Shown piece after piece: positions 24,966 through 35,700 of a DNA stretch of 64,000 nt. Source of the stretch: Paludibacteraceae bacterium. GTDB taxonomy: Bacteria > Bacteroidota > Bacteroidia > Bacteroidales > Paludibacteraceae. Each line of letters opens with the position of its first letter. The first letter of the stretch is position 1. The stretch covers positions 25,786 through 89,785 of the forward strand of contig JAFTHS010000040.1 in assembly GCA_017457295.1 (NCBI GenBank), given 5' to 3'. The translations under genes and the position numbers were made by a program. The notes beneath the pieces are model-generated. The model saw only the letters and a program-made list of their open reading frames with translations, did no database searches and was not told where the DNA came from.

Positions 24966-25730
24966 ATGAACAATCTTATTCAAGCAATAACCGACTACAC
25001 GACCGCTCTGGAGCAGAAACTCTCTGCTCTGGAGGCGCGTGTGACGCTTTTGGAAACTAAAAGCGGAAAGCTGAAAACTGAAAACGAGGCGTTAGAGGCA
25101 CAGATTGCTACTCTGCAGGCCGAAGTGGCTACACTCGTTGCTGCAGGTGCGGTGGCTGCACAAGCTGCGGAACCAGAAGTAGAGATCGAACTCATCGTGG
25201 AGGAAGAGACCGAGAGTGAAAACGGAAAGCTGAAAACTGAAAGCGGAAAGCTGAAAACTGAAAGCGGAAAGCTGAAAACTGAAAGCGGAAAGCTGAAAAC
25301 TGAAAACGAGCCCGCAGAAGAGCCACAAGAGGCAATGCAAGAGGCACAAGAGAAAGTAGCAGCAGAGCCAATAGTAGAAGAACCCGTAGTAGAGCCAGTG
25401 GCAGAACCAGCACCTGCTTCACAACCAGTAGCCAAGGCAGAGCCAGTAGCAGCTCCACAACCTGCTCCACGCCCTGCGCCACAACAGACATCGCTCTTTG
25501 GCACAGCCGTAGAGGATATCCGTCAAGCCATCTCCTTGGGCGACCGCTTCCTCTTCCAACGCGAACTCTTTGCAGGCAATGGCGAATTGATGCAAAAGAC
25601 ATTGGACGAAATCAATAGTCTTGGTTCGCTCAACGAGGCGATGGACTATGTGCTCGACAACTTCGATTGGGACAAAGAGTCCACCGCAGTACAACTCTTC
25701 GAGAACGTGCTCAAACGTCGCTTTGGATAA
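24966..25730 (+). CDS. Hypothetical repeat protein (coiled coil, GKLKTES heptads, Pro/Ala/Glu-rich linker, conserved C-terminal domain)
   Basis: 254 aa. The 21-bp coding repeats are built from heptanucleotide units. No family recognised. Confidence 0.6.
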   Translation: MNNLIQAITDYTTALEQKLSALEARVTLLETKSGKLKTENEALEAQIATLQAEVATLVAAGAVAAQAAEPEVEIELIVEEETESENGKLKTESGKLKTESGKLKTESGKLKTENEPAEEPQEAMQEAQEKVAAEPIVEEPVVEPVAEPAPASQPVAKAEPVAAPQPAPRPAPQQTSLFGTAVEDIRQAISLGDRFLFQRELFAGNGELMQKTLDEINSLGSLNEAMDYVLDNFDWDKESTAVQLFENVLKRRFG

Positions 25731-25807
25731 ACTGAAAACGGAAAACGGAAAACGGAAAACGGAAAACTGAAAACGGAAAACTGAAAACGGAAAACGGAAA
25801 ACGGAAA
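25731..25807. repeat. Heptanucleotide microsatellite (ACGGAAA/ACTGAAA) x11 filling the whole intergenic gap
   Basis: Eleven contiguous 7-nt units run from the base after the TAA stop (25728-25730) to the A of the rsmI ATG (25807). Confidence 0.95.
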
Positions 25808-26475
25808 TGCTCTACGTAGTACCTACACCCGTTGGCAATCTGGAGGACATCACTCTCCGTGCGCTTCGCGTGCTGAAAGAGGTGGACCTCATTCTTGCTG
25901 AAGACACGCGCACCTCATCCGTGCTGCTCAAGCACTACGATATCCATACGCCACTCAAGAGCCATCATAAGTTCAACGAACATGAGACGAGCGATGATAT
26001 GGCGGAACGCATTGCTGCGGGCATGACTGTGGCACTGATCTCCGATGCAGGTACACCCTGTATCTCCGACCCAGGGTTTATGCTGGTGCGCGCCTGCGTA
26101 GAGCGCGATGTAGAAGTACAATGTCTGCCCGGTGCAACGGCTTTTGTGCCCGCATTGGTGGATTCGGGCTTGCCCAACGACCGATTCTATTTCGAGGGCT
26201 TTCTCCCACAGAAGAAAGGTCGCCAGACACGCATGAAAATCTTGGCAGAGCAGACACATACGATGATTATCTACGAGTCGCCCTTCCGCTTGGTAAAGAC
26301 ACTGGAGCAACTGGCAGAGGTGATGGGCAGCGAACGCCGAGCAAGCGTGAGTCGCGAGATTAGCAAATTGCACGAGGATACCCAACGAGGCACCCTATTG
26401 GAACTCGCAGCACATTACAAACAAACGCCACCGAAAGGCGAAATCGTACTGATAGTTGAAGGAAAGAAGGAATGA
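25807..26475 (+). CDS. rsmI: 16S rRNA (cytidine1402-2'-O)-methyltransferase
   Basis: LYVVPTPVGNLEDITLRALRVLKEVDLILAEDTR; tetrapyrrole-methylase fold; 222 aa. Confidence 0.92.
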   Translation: MLYVVPTPVGNLEDITLRALRVLKEVDLILAEDTRTSSVLLKHYDIHTPLKSHHKFNEHETSDDMAERIAAGMTVALISDAGTPCISDPGFMLVRACVERDVEVQCLPGATAFVPALVDSGLPNDRFYFEGFLPQKKGRQTRMKILAEQTHTMIIYESPFRLVKTLEQLAEVMGSERRASVSREISKLHEDTQRGTLLELAAHYKQTPPKGEIVLIVEGKKE

Positions 26476-27986
26476 GCAGCAATCTGCAAATGAAAATATT
26501 GGCAAAGGAGACCGCCATTTATGGCGTGTCATCCATCGTAGGCAAGTTCCTCAACTGGCTGCTCGTGCCGCTGTACACATACGTGCTGCAACAGCAGTCG
26601 GATTATGGCATCGTGACCAACCTCTATGCGTGGACAGCATTGCTTCTGGTGATCCTCACCTATGGTATGGAGACGGGCTTCTTCCGCTTTGCCAACAAGG
26701 CAGAAGAAAATCCCAAGACGGTTTATAGCACTTCGCTCATTGCGCTCTTTACCACCTCTCTGCTCTTCGCAGTAGCATGCGTGGTATGGCGAATGCCAAT
26801 AGCCAACGCATTGGGTTATCCTACGCATAGCGAGTTTATCGCATTGCTCGGTATAGTAGTGGCAATGGATGCTTTTGCCAGCATACCATTTGCGTACTTG
26901 CGCTATAAGAAACGCCCACTGCAATTTGCAGCACTGAAACTGCTATTCGTATTCCTCAATATTATTCTCAATCTCTTCTTCCTCGTACTCTGTCCGAAGA
27001 TTCAAGATTGGGCAATCATATCCTCGTGGTACAATCCTAACTACGGTGTCGGATACGTATTTGTGGCGAATATATTGGCTACGGGCATACAGACACTATG
27101 TTTGTTGCCAGCGATAGTTGAGGGTTTTAAAAATGAGCACGGACTCCCGACTTCCGACTCCCGACGACTCTTCTCAGGTGACCTTCTCAAGCGAATGCTC
27201 CGCTACTCGCTACCGCTCTTGGTGTTGGGTGTGTGCGGCATTATGAACCAAACGCTGGACCGTATTCTATTCCCCTTCTTCTACGACGGAGCCGATGCAC
27301 AAGCACAATTAGGTATCTACGGTGCCTGCTTCAAAGTGGCGATGGTGATGATGATGTTTACACAAGCATTCCGCTACGCCTACGAACCATTTGTGTTTGC
27401 GAAACATAAAGATAGAGAATCAGTGGAGGCATATGCAGATGCTATGAAATATTATATCATCTTCTCGTATATGATACTGCTGGGAATGATATTCTACCTC
27501 GACCTGCTGAAGTTTATTATCGCCCCTTCCTATTGGGAGGGACTGAAAGTAGTACCTGTCGTGCTTTGGACATATATCTTCCAAGGTGTGTATTTCAACC
27601 TCAGTTTTTGGTACAAACTGACCGATAAAACGCAATGGGGCGCCTACTTCTCCATCATCGGAGTGGTCATCACCTTTGCGCTGCAAGCTATCTTCGTGCC
27701 ACGAATTGGCTATATGGCTTCCGCAGCAAGCAGTACAGTATGCTTCTTTATACTGATGCTGTTCTCTTATTTCGTGGGACGCAAGCACCTCAAGATACCA
27801 TACGATTTGCGCCGAATTGGCATATATACGGGAATTGTAGTAGCCATTTTGGCAGGATATTATGGTTTGGCACAGTTGTTGTCAATGAATGAATGGACCA
27901 AAATGGGATTAGGTACTATACTCTTCATTACATATAGTGTGCTATTCTATCGTTTGGATGGAAAAACACTGATCAAGAAAAAATAA
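26472..27986 (+). CDS. MOP-superfamily flippase (Wzx/polysaccharide biosynthesis protein-like)
   Basis: 504 aa, about 14 hydrophobic segments, typical N-terminus of oligosaccharide flippases. Substrate unknown. Confidence 0.65.
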   Translation: MSSNLQMKILAKETAIYGVSSIVGKFLNWLLVPLYTYVLQQQSDYGIVTNLYAWTALLLVILTYGMETGFFRFANKAEENPKTVYSTSLIALFTTSLLFAVACVVWRMPIANALGYPTHSEFIALLGIVVAMDAFASIPFAYLRYKKRPLQFAALKLLFVFLNIILNLFFLVLCPKIQDWAIISSWYNPNYGVGYVFVANILATGIQTLCLLPAIVEGFKNEHGLPTSDSRRLFSGDLLKRMLRYSLPLLVLGVCGIMNQTLDRILFPFFYDGADAQAQLGIYGACFKVAMVMMMFTQAFRYAYEPFVFAKHKDRESVEAYADAMKYYIIFSYMILLGMIFYLDLLKFIIAPSYWEGLKVVPVVLWTYIFQGVYFNLSFWYKLTDKTQWGAYFSIIGVVITFALQAIFVPRIGYMASAASSTVCFFILMLFSYFVGRKHLKIPYDLRRIGIYTGIVVAILAGYYGLAQLLSMNEWTKMGLGTILFITYSVLFYRLDGKTLIKKK

Positions 27987-27989
27987 CAT

Positions 27990-28607
27990 ATGTTTTCAGG
28001 AATAGTAGAAACTATGGCTCAGATCGTAAAGATTGAGCAAGAACAAACAAATAAACATTTCACCCTGCGCAACCCATATGGCGAACCGCTGAGCATTGAT
28101 CAGTCTATCGCGCACAATGGCGTATGTCTCACGGTGGTAAAGCTGGACGGCGACCTTTATACCGTAACGGCAATGCAAGAGACGCTGAACAGAACCAACC
28201 TTGGCGAAGCCAAAGAGGGCGATTGGGTGAACTTGGAGCGCAGCATGCTACTCGGCGAGCGATTGGACGGACATATCGTACAGGGGCATGTGGACCAAAC
28301 AGCGCGTTGCGTGGAAGTGAAAGAAACAGAAGGAAGTTGGTACTACCGCTTTGAATATGAGAGTACTAAGGAGATGGCTTTGCGTGGGTATTTCTGCGTG
28401 GATAAGGGATCTGTGAGTATCAATGGCGTGAGTCTCACCGTATGCGAGCCCGATGTGGTGGATGGTAAGGGGTATGTAAGCGTATGTATTATTCCTTATA
28501 CCCACGACAATACCAATTTCAAGTATATCGAAGTGGGTACGCAAGTGAACCTTGAATTCGATATTATCGGCAAATATATCACAAGAATGAATCAATTAAT
28601 ACAATAA
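27990..28607 (+). CDS. ribE: Riboflavin synthase
   Basis: MFSGIVE…, two lumazine-binding repeats (SIAHNGVCLTV / SVSINGVSLTV). Confidence 0.93.
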   Translation: MFSGIVETMAQIVKIEQEQTNKHFTLRNPYGEPLSIDQSIAHNGVCLTVVKLDGDLYTVTAMQETLNRTNLGEAKEGDWVNLERSMLLGERLDGHIVQGHVDQTARCVEVKETEGSWYYRFEYESTKEMALRGYFCVDKGSVSINGVSLTVCEPDVVDGKGYVSVCIIPYTHDNTNFKYIEVGTQVNLEFDIIGKYITRMNQLIQ

Positions 28608-28613
28608 CAAGAA

Positions 28614-29198
28614 ATGGATAAAATTAGTTATGCAATTGGCCTTAGCATGGGTCAGAATCTGATGGGAAGTGGCGTTACTTCCCTCGAATATGCTGATTTG
28701 GCAGCAGGTATCAAAGATGTAGTAGAGAAGAATCAACCACAAATCTCTTATCAAGAGGCGCAACAAGTATTGGGTAAGTTCTTCAGCGAACTCGAAGCCA
28801 AAATCGCAGGCGAAGCCAAAGCAGCAGGCGAAGCATTCTTGGCTGAGAACGCTAAACGCGAAGGCGTGAAAGTAACCGAGAGCGGCTTGCAATACGAAGT
28901 ATTGGAAGCAACTATCGGACAAAAACCTAAAGCTACCGACAAAGTGCGCGTACACTACGAGGGCACACTCATCGACGGCACCGTATTCGACAGCAGCTAC
29001 AAACGTGGTGAGAGCATCACTTTTGGTCTCAACCAAGTAATCAAAGGTTGGACAGAAGGCTTGCAACTCATGTCTATTGGCAGCAAATACAAACTCTACT
29101 TGCCATATCAATTGGCATACGGCGAGCGCGGCGCAGGAGCCAACATCCCTCCATACGCAGCCCTTATCTTTACCGTAGAGTTGCTCGGAATTGAATAA
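28614..29198 (+). CDS. FKBP-type peptidyl-prolyl cis-trans isomerase
   Basis: C-terminal FKBP domain VHYEGTLIDGTVFDSS…FGLNQVIKGWTEG…IPPYAALIFTVELL. Confidence 0.9.
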   Translation: MDKISYAIGLSMGQNLMGSGVTSLEYADLAAGIKDVVEKNQPQISYQEAQQVLGKFFSELEAKIAGEAKAAGEAFLAENAKREGVKVTESGLQYEVLEATIGQKPKATDKVRVHYEGTLIDGTVFDSSYKRGESITFGLNQVIKGWTEGLQLMSIGSKYKLYLPYQLAYGERGAGANIPPYAALIFTVELLGIE

Positions 29199-29227
29199 TC
29201 AACCAACAAAACTATACAAAATTAACA

Positions 29228-30481
29228 ATGAAAAAATTATCAATTATCCTCATTGCTGCTATGGCAATGATTTCATGTGGCAACACCTATCAAGTCAAAA
29301 CAGTTGCCCTCACCAGCCAAAACGATAGTATGAACTATGCTCTTGGCGTAGTAAATGGTGCACAAATGAAAATGTATCAACTGCGTAACGACTCTTCTAT
29401 TGAGACTGTTACCGAGTTTATCGATGCGCTTCAACGTGGCTACGATGGCAAGGTAGAAGAACTCAGCGAGGCAGGTAACATTGGTCGCAACATTGGTCAA
29501 GCAATCAAAAATGCAGAGAAAACAGGTTTAGCAGATAACCCTGCATGGGCTATCAACCAAAAGGTTTTCTTCCAAGGATTGGTAAATGGTTTGCGTCATG
29601 ACACCACCATGATGAAAGCAGAAGATGCACGCAACTACTTCCAAGCACAATACCAAGCAGCTGCTACTATCAACGATAGCATTGAGCCAGGCAAAGTGGT
29701 AAAAGGCAAATGCATCTACAAAGTGAAAACTATCGAACTCAAGAACCAAAACGATAGCGTAAACTACGCATTTGGTTACCTCAATGGCGACGAAGTAGCT
29801 CGCTATGTATTGCTTATGGACTCTACTGGCCAACTCACCAAAGACTTCATCATCAACATCAACAAAGGTTTGAAGAGCAAGGTTAAGAACCCACAAATCG
29901 TAAACATGGGTGAGCAAATCGGTAAGAATATCAAGGCGCAAGAGGCACAAGGTTTGATTGGCGAACCTAGTTTGGCTACCGACTTCGCACTCATCAAGCA
30001 AGGATTTATCAATGGTTTGCTCGGCGATACCGTTATGACTGGCGAACAAGCAGGCGAGTATATCCAAACAACAATGAACAATATCAAGTACGGTACCGTA
30101 AAAGAAGATGGCGAGAAGTTCTTAACTGAGAACGCACTCAAAGAGGGCGTAACCACCACCGAGAGTGGTCTTCAATACGAAGTGCTGAAGATGGGTAAAG
30201 GCAAAAAACCTGCTGCTACTGACCGCGTAAAAGTACACTATCATGGTACTCTCATCGATGGTACGGTATTCGATAGTAGTGTAGATCGTGGCGAACCTAT
30301 CGTATTCGGCTTGAATCAAGTAATCAAAGGTTGGACCGAAGGTGTACAACTCATGCCTGTTGGCAGCAAGTTCCGCTTCTATATCCCACAAGAGTTGGGT
30401 TACGGCGCACAAAACGCTGGTTCTATTCCTCCATACTCTACCCTCATCTTCGAAGTTGAGTTACTCGGCATCGAGAAGTAA
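29228..30481 (+). CDS. FKBP-type peptidyl-prolyl isomerase lipoprotein with duplicated N-terminal domain
   Basis: Lipobox AMISCG, two ~130-aa paralogous N-terminal modules, and a C-terminal FKBP domain nearly identical in motifs to the upstream gene. Confidence 0.88.
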   Translation: MKKLSIILIAAMAMISCGNTYQVKTVALTSQNDSMNYALGVVNGAQMKMYQLRNDSSIETVTEFIDALQRGYDGKVEELSEAGNIGRNIGQAIKNAEKTGLADNPAWAINQKVFFQGLVNGLRHDTTMMKAEDARNYFQAQYQAAATINDSIEPGKVVKGKCIYKVKTIELKNQNDSVNYAFGYLNGDEVARYVLLMDSTGQLTKDFIININKGLKSKVKNPQIVNMGEQIGKNIKAQEAQGLIGEPSLATDFALIKQGFINGLLGDTVMTGEQAGEYIQTTMNNIKYGTVKEDGEKFLTENALKEGVTTTESGLQYEVLKMGKGKKPAATDRVKVHYHGTLIDGTVFDSSVDRGEPIVFGLNQVIKGWTEGVQLMPVGSKFRFYIPQELGYGAQNAGSIPPYSTLIFEVELLGIEK

Positions 30482-30484
30482 ATC

Positions 30485-32008
30485 ATGGGCATCATCGCCA
30501 AACAAAGTATTCAAGGCACCATCGTCACCTATCTTGGGGTGGCGGTGGGCTTTGTTACTACGTTCTTCGTGCTGACGCGTTTCCTCTCGGCTGAGGAGAT
30601 TGGTTTGGCACGCGTATTGGTAGATGCTGCTACACTCTTTATCGGACTTGCTCAACTCGGTACTTCGTCCTCCATCATCCGTTTCTATCCACACTTTAAG
30701 GCGAAAGACGAAAGATTGGAGGTTACAGGCAAGAACTCTGACCACGGTTTCTTCTTCTGGACACTGATCGTTCCTTTGGTGGGGTTTGCACTCTTCACAG
30801 CTGTTTATTGCGCTTGTCATGAGCCACTTAGCCAGTGGTTTGGAGAGAAGTCACCATTGTTTGTAGATTACTACTACATGGTGCTGCCAATGGCATTCTT
30901 CATGCTCTATCAGACCATCTTTGAAACCAATGCCAACGTGCGCATGCATATCGTAGTGCCTCGTGCCGTGCGCGAACTCATCACTCGCATTGGATTGCTC
31001 GTTGCCTACCTACTCTACGCATTCCGCGTTGTGGATATCAATGGTTTTGTAGTGGCATTATGCAGCGTGTATGCTGTAGCAATGTTCTGCAATATGGTCT
31101 ATCTATTCTCGTTAGGTGAAGTGTCGCTTCGCCCCGATTGGGAGTTCTTGCGCCAGAATCGTCCATTAGTGCGCCAGTACCTGCTCTACACAGGGTTTCT
31201 GCTCGTTTCCGCAGTAGCCAGCGTGCTTGCACCAACGCTCTCTTCCTTCTTTATTACCGCTGAAATGGGACTAAATTATACAGGTATCTTTGCCATTGCC
31301 ACCTATATAGCCGTAATGGTCAGCATACCCTATCGCTCCATGACCGCCATTGCCTCACCACAATTGGCAACGGCCATAAAGGAGAATAATCAGCGCGAAA
31401 CGGCTCACCTTATGCAGCAAGTCAGCAGTACGCTCTTGCTCATAGGCGGCATGATTCTCTGCCTCATTTGGCTCAATATTGATCTCATCTTCCATATTCT
31501 GCCTAATGGCGAGACATACGCTACTGCCCGCCAAGTGGTATTGATGTTAGGCACCAGCCAACTCATTATTGCCGTTTGCTCGTTTAGTTCATCAGCACTC
31601 AACTACTCCCGCTTCTATGCCTTCTCCTTATTGTTTTCCTTTATTCTAACGGCTCTATCCATAGTGCTCAATAATCTTCTCATTCCTCATTTTGGTATGA
31701 ATGGAGCAGCCGTTAGCAATCTCATTGCTTATGCAATATATTTTCTATTAATCACACTGACAGTGCGTTACACGCTCCATGCACCCACTTTCACGCGCCA
31801 ACATCTGAAGATTCTTCTTCTGATTTTGGTGATACTCAATCTGAATTTCCTGTGGCAAGCCTACTTGCCAATCAATAATATATGGTTAAGTAGTATTATT
31901 CGCACCATAGTCCTCATCGGAGGAGGTTGTGCCGTAGCATGGTTCAAAAACCTCTCCCCCGAAATCAACCAGCAAGTGCGAAATGTTTGGTTAAAGGTTA
32001 AAGGTTAA
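30485..32008 (+). CDS. MOP-superfamily flippase (polysaccharide biosynthesis protein-like), second copy
   Basis: 507 aa polytopic protein; N-terminus IAKQSIQGTIVTYLGVAVGF typical of the family. Confidence 0.65.
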   Translation: MGIIAKQSIQGTIVTYLGVAVGFVTTFFVLTRFLSAEEIGLARVLVDAATLFIGLAQLGTSSSIIRFYPHFKAKDERLEVTGKNSDHGFFFWTLIVPLVGFALFTAVYCACHEPLSQWFGEKSPLFVDYYYMVLPMAFFMLYQTIFETNANVRMHIVVPRAVRELITRIGLLVAYLLYAFRVVDINGFVVALCSVYAVAMFCNMVYLFSLGEVSLRPDWEFLRQNRPLVRQYLLYTGFLLVSAVASVLAPTLSSFFITAEMGLNYTGIFAIATYIAVMVSIPYRSMTAIASPQLATAIKENNQRETAHLMQQVSSTLLLIGGMILCLIWLNIDLIFHILPNGETYATARQVVLMLGTSQLIIAVCSFSSSALNYSRFYAFSLLFSFILTALSIVLNNLLIPHFGMNGAAVSNLIAYAIYFLLITLTVRYTLHAPTFTRQHLKILLLILVILNLNFLWQAYLPINNIWLSSIIRTIVLIGGGCAVAWFKNLSPEINQQVRNVWLKVKG

Positions 32009-32019
32009 AGGCAAGAATT

Positions 32020-32772
32020 ATGCGTTATTTCATTCGCTTTGCATATGATGGCACTGCCTTTCATGGCTCGCAACGCCAGCCCAATGGCATTACTGTTCAA
32101 GAGACGATGGAGCAGGCGTTGGCTATGATTTTCCGCGAGGAGATACCACTCACTTTCGCTGGTCGTACCGATGCGGGTGTCCATGCGCGCGAGATGTATG
32201 CGCATTTTGATATTGGCTGCCAGCTTCCGGATGCCGGTCATATATGTTTTCGCCTCAACGGCATTTTGCCCGATTCCATCGCTATTTTTGACATCTATCC
32301 TATAACGGATGATGCACATGCGCGCTTCTCTGCCGTGCGCCGTACCTACGAGTATCATATCGTGGATCACAAAGATCCTTTCCTCTGTCAACAAGCCACG
32401 CGTGTGCGTCCAGGTTTGGACTTTGAGGCCATGAATGAGGCTGCGCAATTGTTGATTGGCAAACAGGATTTTGCTTCATTCTGCCGCACGAATACGGATG
32501 TGAAAACTACTATTTGCGACCTCACGCTTGCAGAATGGCGAGAATTAGGCAACGGACACGCTGTGTTCACTATTGCAGCCGACCGCTTCTTGCGTAATAT
32601 GGTGCGTGCCGTAGTAGGAACATTGTTTGAGGTAGGTCGTGGTAAGATGACCAAAGAGCAGTTTGCCGAGGTCATTGCGCAACACAATCGCTGCGCCGCA
32701 GGAGATTCTGCCCCTGCCGAAGGCCTTTTCCTCACACACATCGACTATCCACAAGAAATATTTTTACTATAA
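32020..32772 (+). CDS. truA: tRNA pseudouridine(38-40) synthase
   Basis: YDGTAFHGSQRQ and catalytic GRTDAGVHA. Confidence 0.93.
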   Translation: MRYFIRFAYDGTAFHGSQRQPNGITVQETMEQALAMIFREEIPLTFAGRTDAGVHAREMYAHFDIGCQLPDAGHICFRLNGILPDSIAIFDIYPITDDAHARFSAVRRTYEYHIVDHKDPFLCQQATRVRPGLDFEAMNEAAQLLIGKQDFASFCRTNTDVKTTICDLTLAEWRELGNGHAVFTIAADRFLRNMVRAVVGTLFEVGRGKMTKEQFAEVIAQHNRCAAGDSAPAEGLFLTHIDYPQEIFLL

Positions 32773-32793
32773 ACGTACAAAATTATTATACCT

Positions 32794-35700
32794 ATGAAAC
32801 AACGATTCTCCTTTCTCTTGATTGGCATTTGTTTGGCAATCTCTTCGGCAATAAGAGCCGATGTTACTTTTCGCGTAAATGTTCCTACTGGCACTACCCA
32901 TTGCTATGTTGTAGGTGCCCTTCCCGAACTCAGCAGTTGGGCTGCAGGGGCGGGTGTGGCCATGAACAAAGAGGAAGGAAAAGACCAATTCACCGTTACG
33001 GTAGCAGGTATTACGACTGCCGATATTAGTGCATCCGATGGATATAAATACATTTGCGGACCTGATTGGAAATATGTGGAAGTCACTGCTTCCAATGGCG
33101 AGGTGTCCAATCGCAAGACCGTTGGCAATCCCGATGTGGTAGCACGCTGGCGAAACACCTATACTGCCGTTGGAATCGTAGAGAATTGGACATTTGCAGG
33201 CAAGGATTATCCTGTACAAATCCTCTTGCCTACCAACTATGACAATACCAAGCAATACCCCGTTACCTATATGTTTGGTCGCCACCAACGCTACCGCGAT
33301 GCAGGTTCTGACACCGAGATGGGCGACCGTATTCTCTACTCCGACTCATGGGGCGTAGCAAAATCGGTGGCTGAATTGGAGGAGCAAGGATTTGAAGTAG
33401 GCATCATAGCCGTGATTTATGCCCAATTACCTGAGTTTACTCCTTGGGCGAACGAGGACTTCGCGGGTACAGGTCAAGCGGATGCTTTCCTCAAAGGATT
33501 CGTAGAGGACTTTAAGCCTGCTTTCGAGCAGAAATATGCGATTTCATCGGATAAATCAGCATGCACCATCATGGGTGCCGATGTGGCAGGACTCTTTGCT
33601 TTCTATGCCACCATGAAGCACCCCGAACTATTTGGCAAATGCGCTATGTTCTCCCCTGCTTTTTGGTATAATAAATACGAAATGCGCGATTTCATCGAGA
33701 ACGAGCGGCTTACGCCAACCGACTCTCGCTTTGCTTTTGTACAAACATCGGCTGATACTCATTGGACAACCGATGAGATTGATTACTACAATCAGTGGCT
33801 CAATAACCGAGGTTATCTCTCATACGTCTTGGATGTCGTGGGCGAGCACGATGACCGTACATGGGGATTAGTCTTCGGAGAAGTAGTGCAAGGTCCACCA
33901 AGCGCAGTTCCTACTATGGGAGCGAGAAGAGTCAATGCTCAAAATCAAACTACCGATTATACCGCCCATACATGGTACTTTATGAAGGGTGAGGGTACTA
34001 CATCTCTCACCTGCGATGGCACACCTACACAAAAGGGTAATTTCTACCGCGATGGCAAGACTCCTACTGCAGCACAGATGATTGTGAAGGAGATTCCTGT
34101 GGACAAAAAGAAATACTCCTACTACTGGAACCTCAATAGTGGTAGCAACTGCGATGGCGATTTACTGATGACTACGCCTAAAGATATTGGTTTCAAGGAC
34201 TCGCGCAAGACCACTTCTTGGCAGCGTGTGGCTGTGTTTGCAGACGGTAGCTACGAGCAGTCTGCTGCTTCTTCTGAGCACTTCAAGGTCAATGGCACCA
34301 CCATGACCAAGGGCAGCAACTACGAACTCTCTGCCTCTATCTCCCTCACCGATGACAAGACCGTTTCCGTGCATTATGGTAGTGTGAACTCGGGTAGCGA
34401 TATGGGCGAGTTGGTTAGCACCACCGTATCGGCTAACTGCCTCAAAGCCAATGTCCGTTACTCCTATCTGACCAACCAACTCACGGTGGAAGAAACTGCA
34501 TGGGGTAGTTCGGATATTGATTTGGAATACTTTAAGGTAGAGCCTGCCGTAGTGCATCCAGGTACACCTGTGAAGATGTCCGTTAAGATTGCCAACAAGA
34601 ATGGCTATAATGTCCATTTCCGCATGAATCATAACAACCAACCTTCTTCTGCTATCACCCTCAGCAAAGGTAGCAATGGCGAAGAGTTTTATACGATTTC
34701 ATCGCCAGAAAGTGGCATTTATGGCTTCTATTTGGACATCGAACTCAACGGCACTACCACCAAGGCGCACCGTGCGGTATATGTCAAAGTGGTGGACGGA
34801 CAGACCATTAATACTGCTATATCCAACAATCCATACGCCGATATTGATTGGGCTACTATCAACCAATTCAAGGGCAATTTCCATACCCATACTACCCAGT
34901 CCAACGATGCCAGCGATGGCTTCACCACCGCCTACGTTGTGGACAGATACCATGCTGCGGGCTATAAGATTCTCTCCCTCACCGACCATGACTATAACCC
35001 TTATCCATGGGAGTTGTTCCCCCAATATATGAGCACCATACCTGCACGCGACCCTGCTGCCTTGGGTATGTTGGCTGTTCCGGGCAATGAGCTCAGCAAG
35101 GACAATACCAACAGTTGGAGCGAGCGCACAGGCGGACAATTCAACCACCACAACGATTTCTTCACAGGTCGCCAAGGACAGGAGTTTGCTTCTTTGCAGG
35201 AGTCATATGCCTACACCTACGCCCTCGGGGGTATGCAAATCATCAACCACCCAGGACAGTATTGGAGTATTGACAATACCTATAGTGAGACGCAGAAGGA
35301 TGGTCCGGGTTGGCATGCTAATAACTTCCTTACCTTCCCATCATTGATTGGTTTGGAGGTGTACAACCAAGGCAATCGTCGCCCTAATGACCGTATCCTA
35401 TGGGATCAAATCTTGCAGCGCACTATGCCTCATCGCCCTGTTTATGGTTACTCATGCGACGATGCGCACAACAACGACCAACTCTTCCGCAACTACAATT
35501 TCATGCTCATGGAGGAACTTACCACCGACGAACTGAAAGATGCTATGCGCAAAGGTGAGAGCTATTTCTGCTACGAGCCAGCAGGTACGGGCGAAGGCAA
35601 AGCACCACGTATCAGCAATATCAGTGTAGATGAAATTAATAAGACCATCACTATTGCAGCCAACGGCCTAGTACATTGGATTTATGCTACCGACAAGACT

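Noticed and set aside
24995-25602. Minus-strand ORFs of 169, 136 and 85 aa across the repeat gene
   Set aside because: These are artefacts of the heptanucleotide and Pro/Ala-rich repeats, which are open in several frames. The plus-strand frame alone continues into a non-repetitive, protein-like C-terminal domain.
27140-27175. Short direct repeat gactcccgac x2 inside the first flippase gene
   Set aside because: It encodes a loop (GLPTSDSRRL) in frame and is too short to distinguish from chance.
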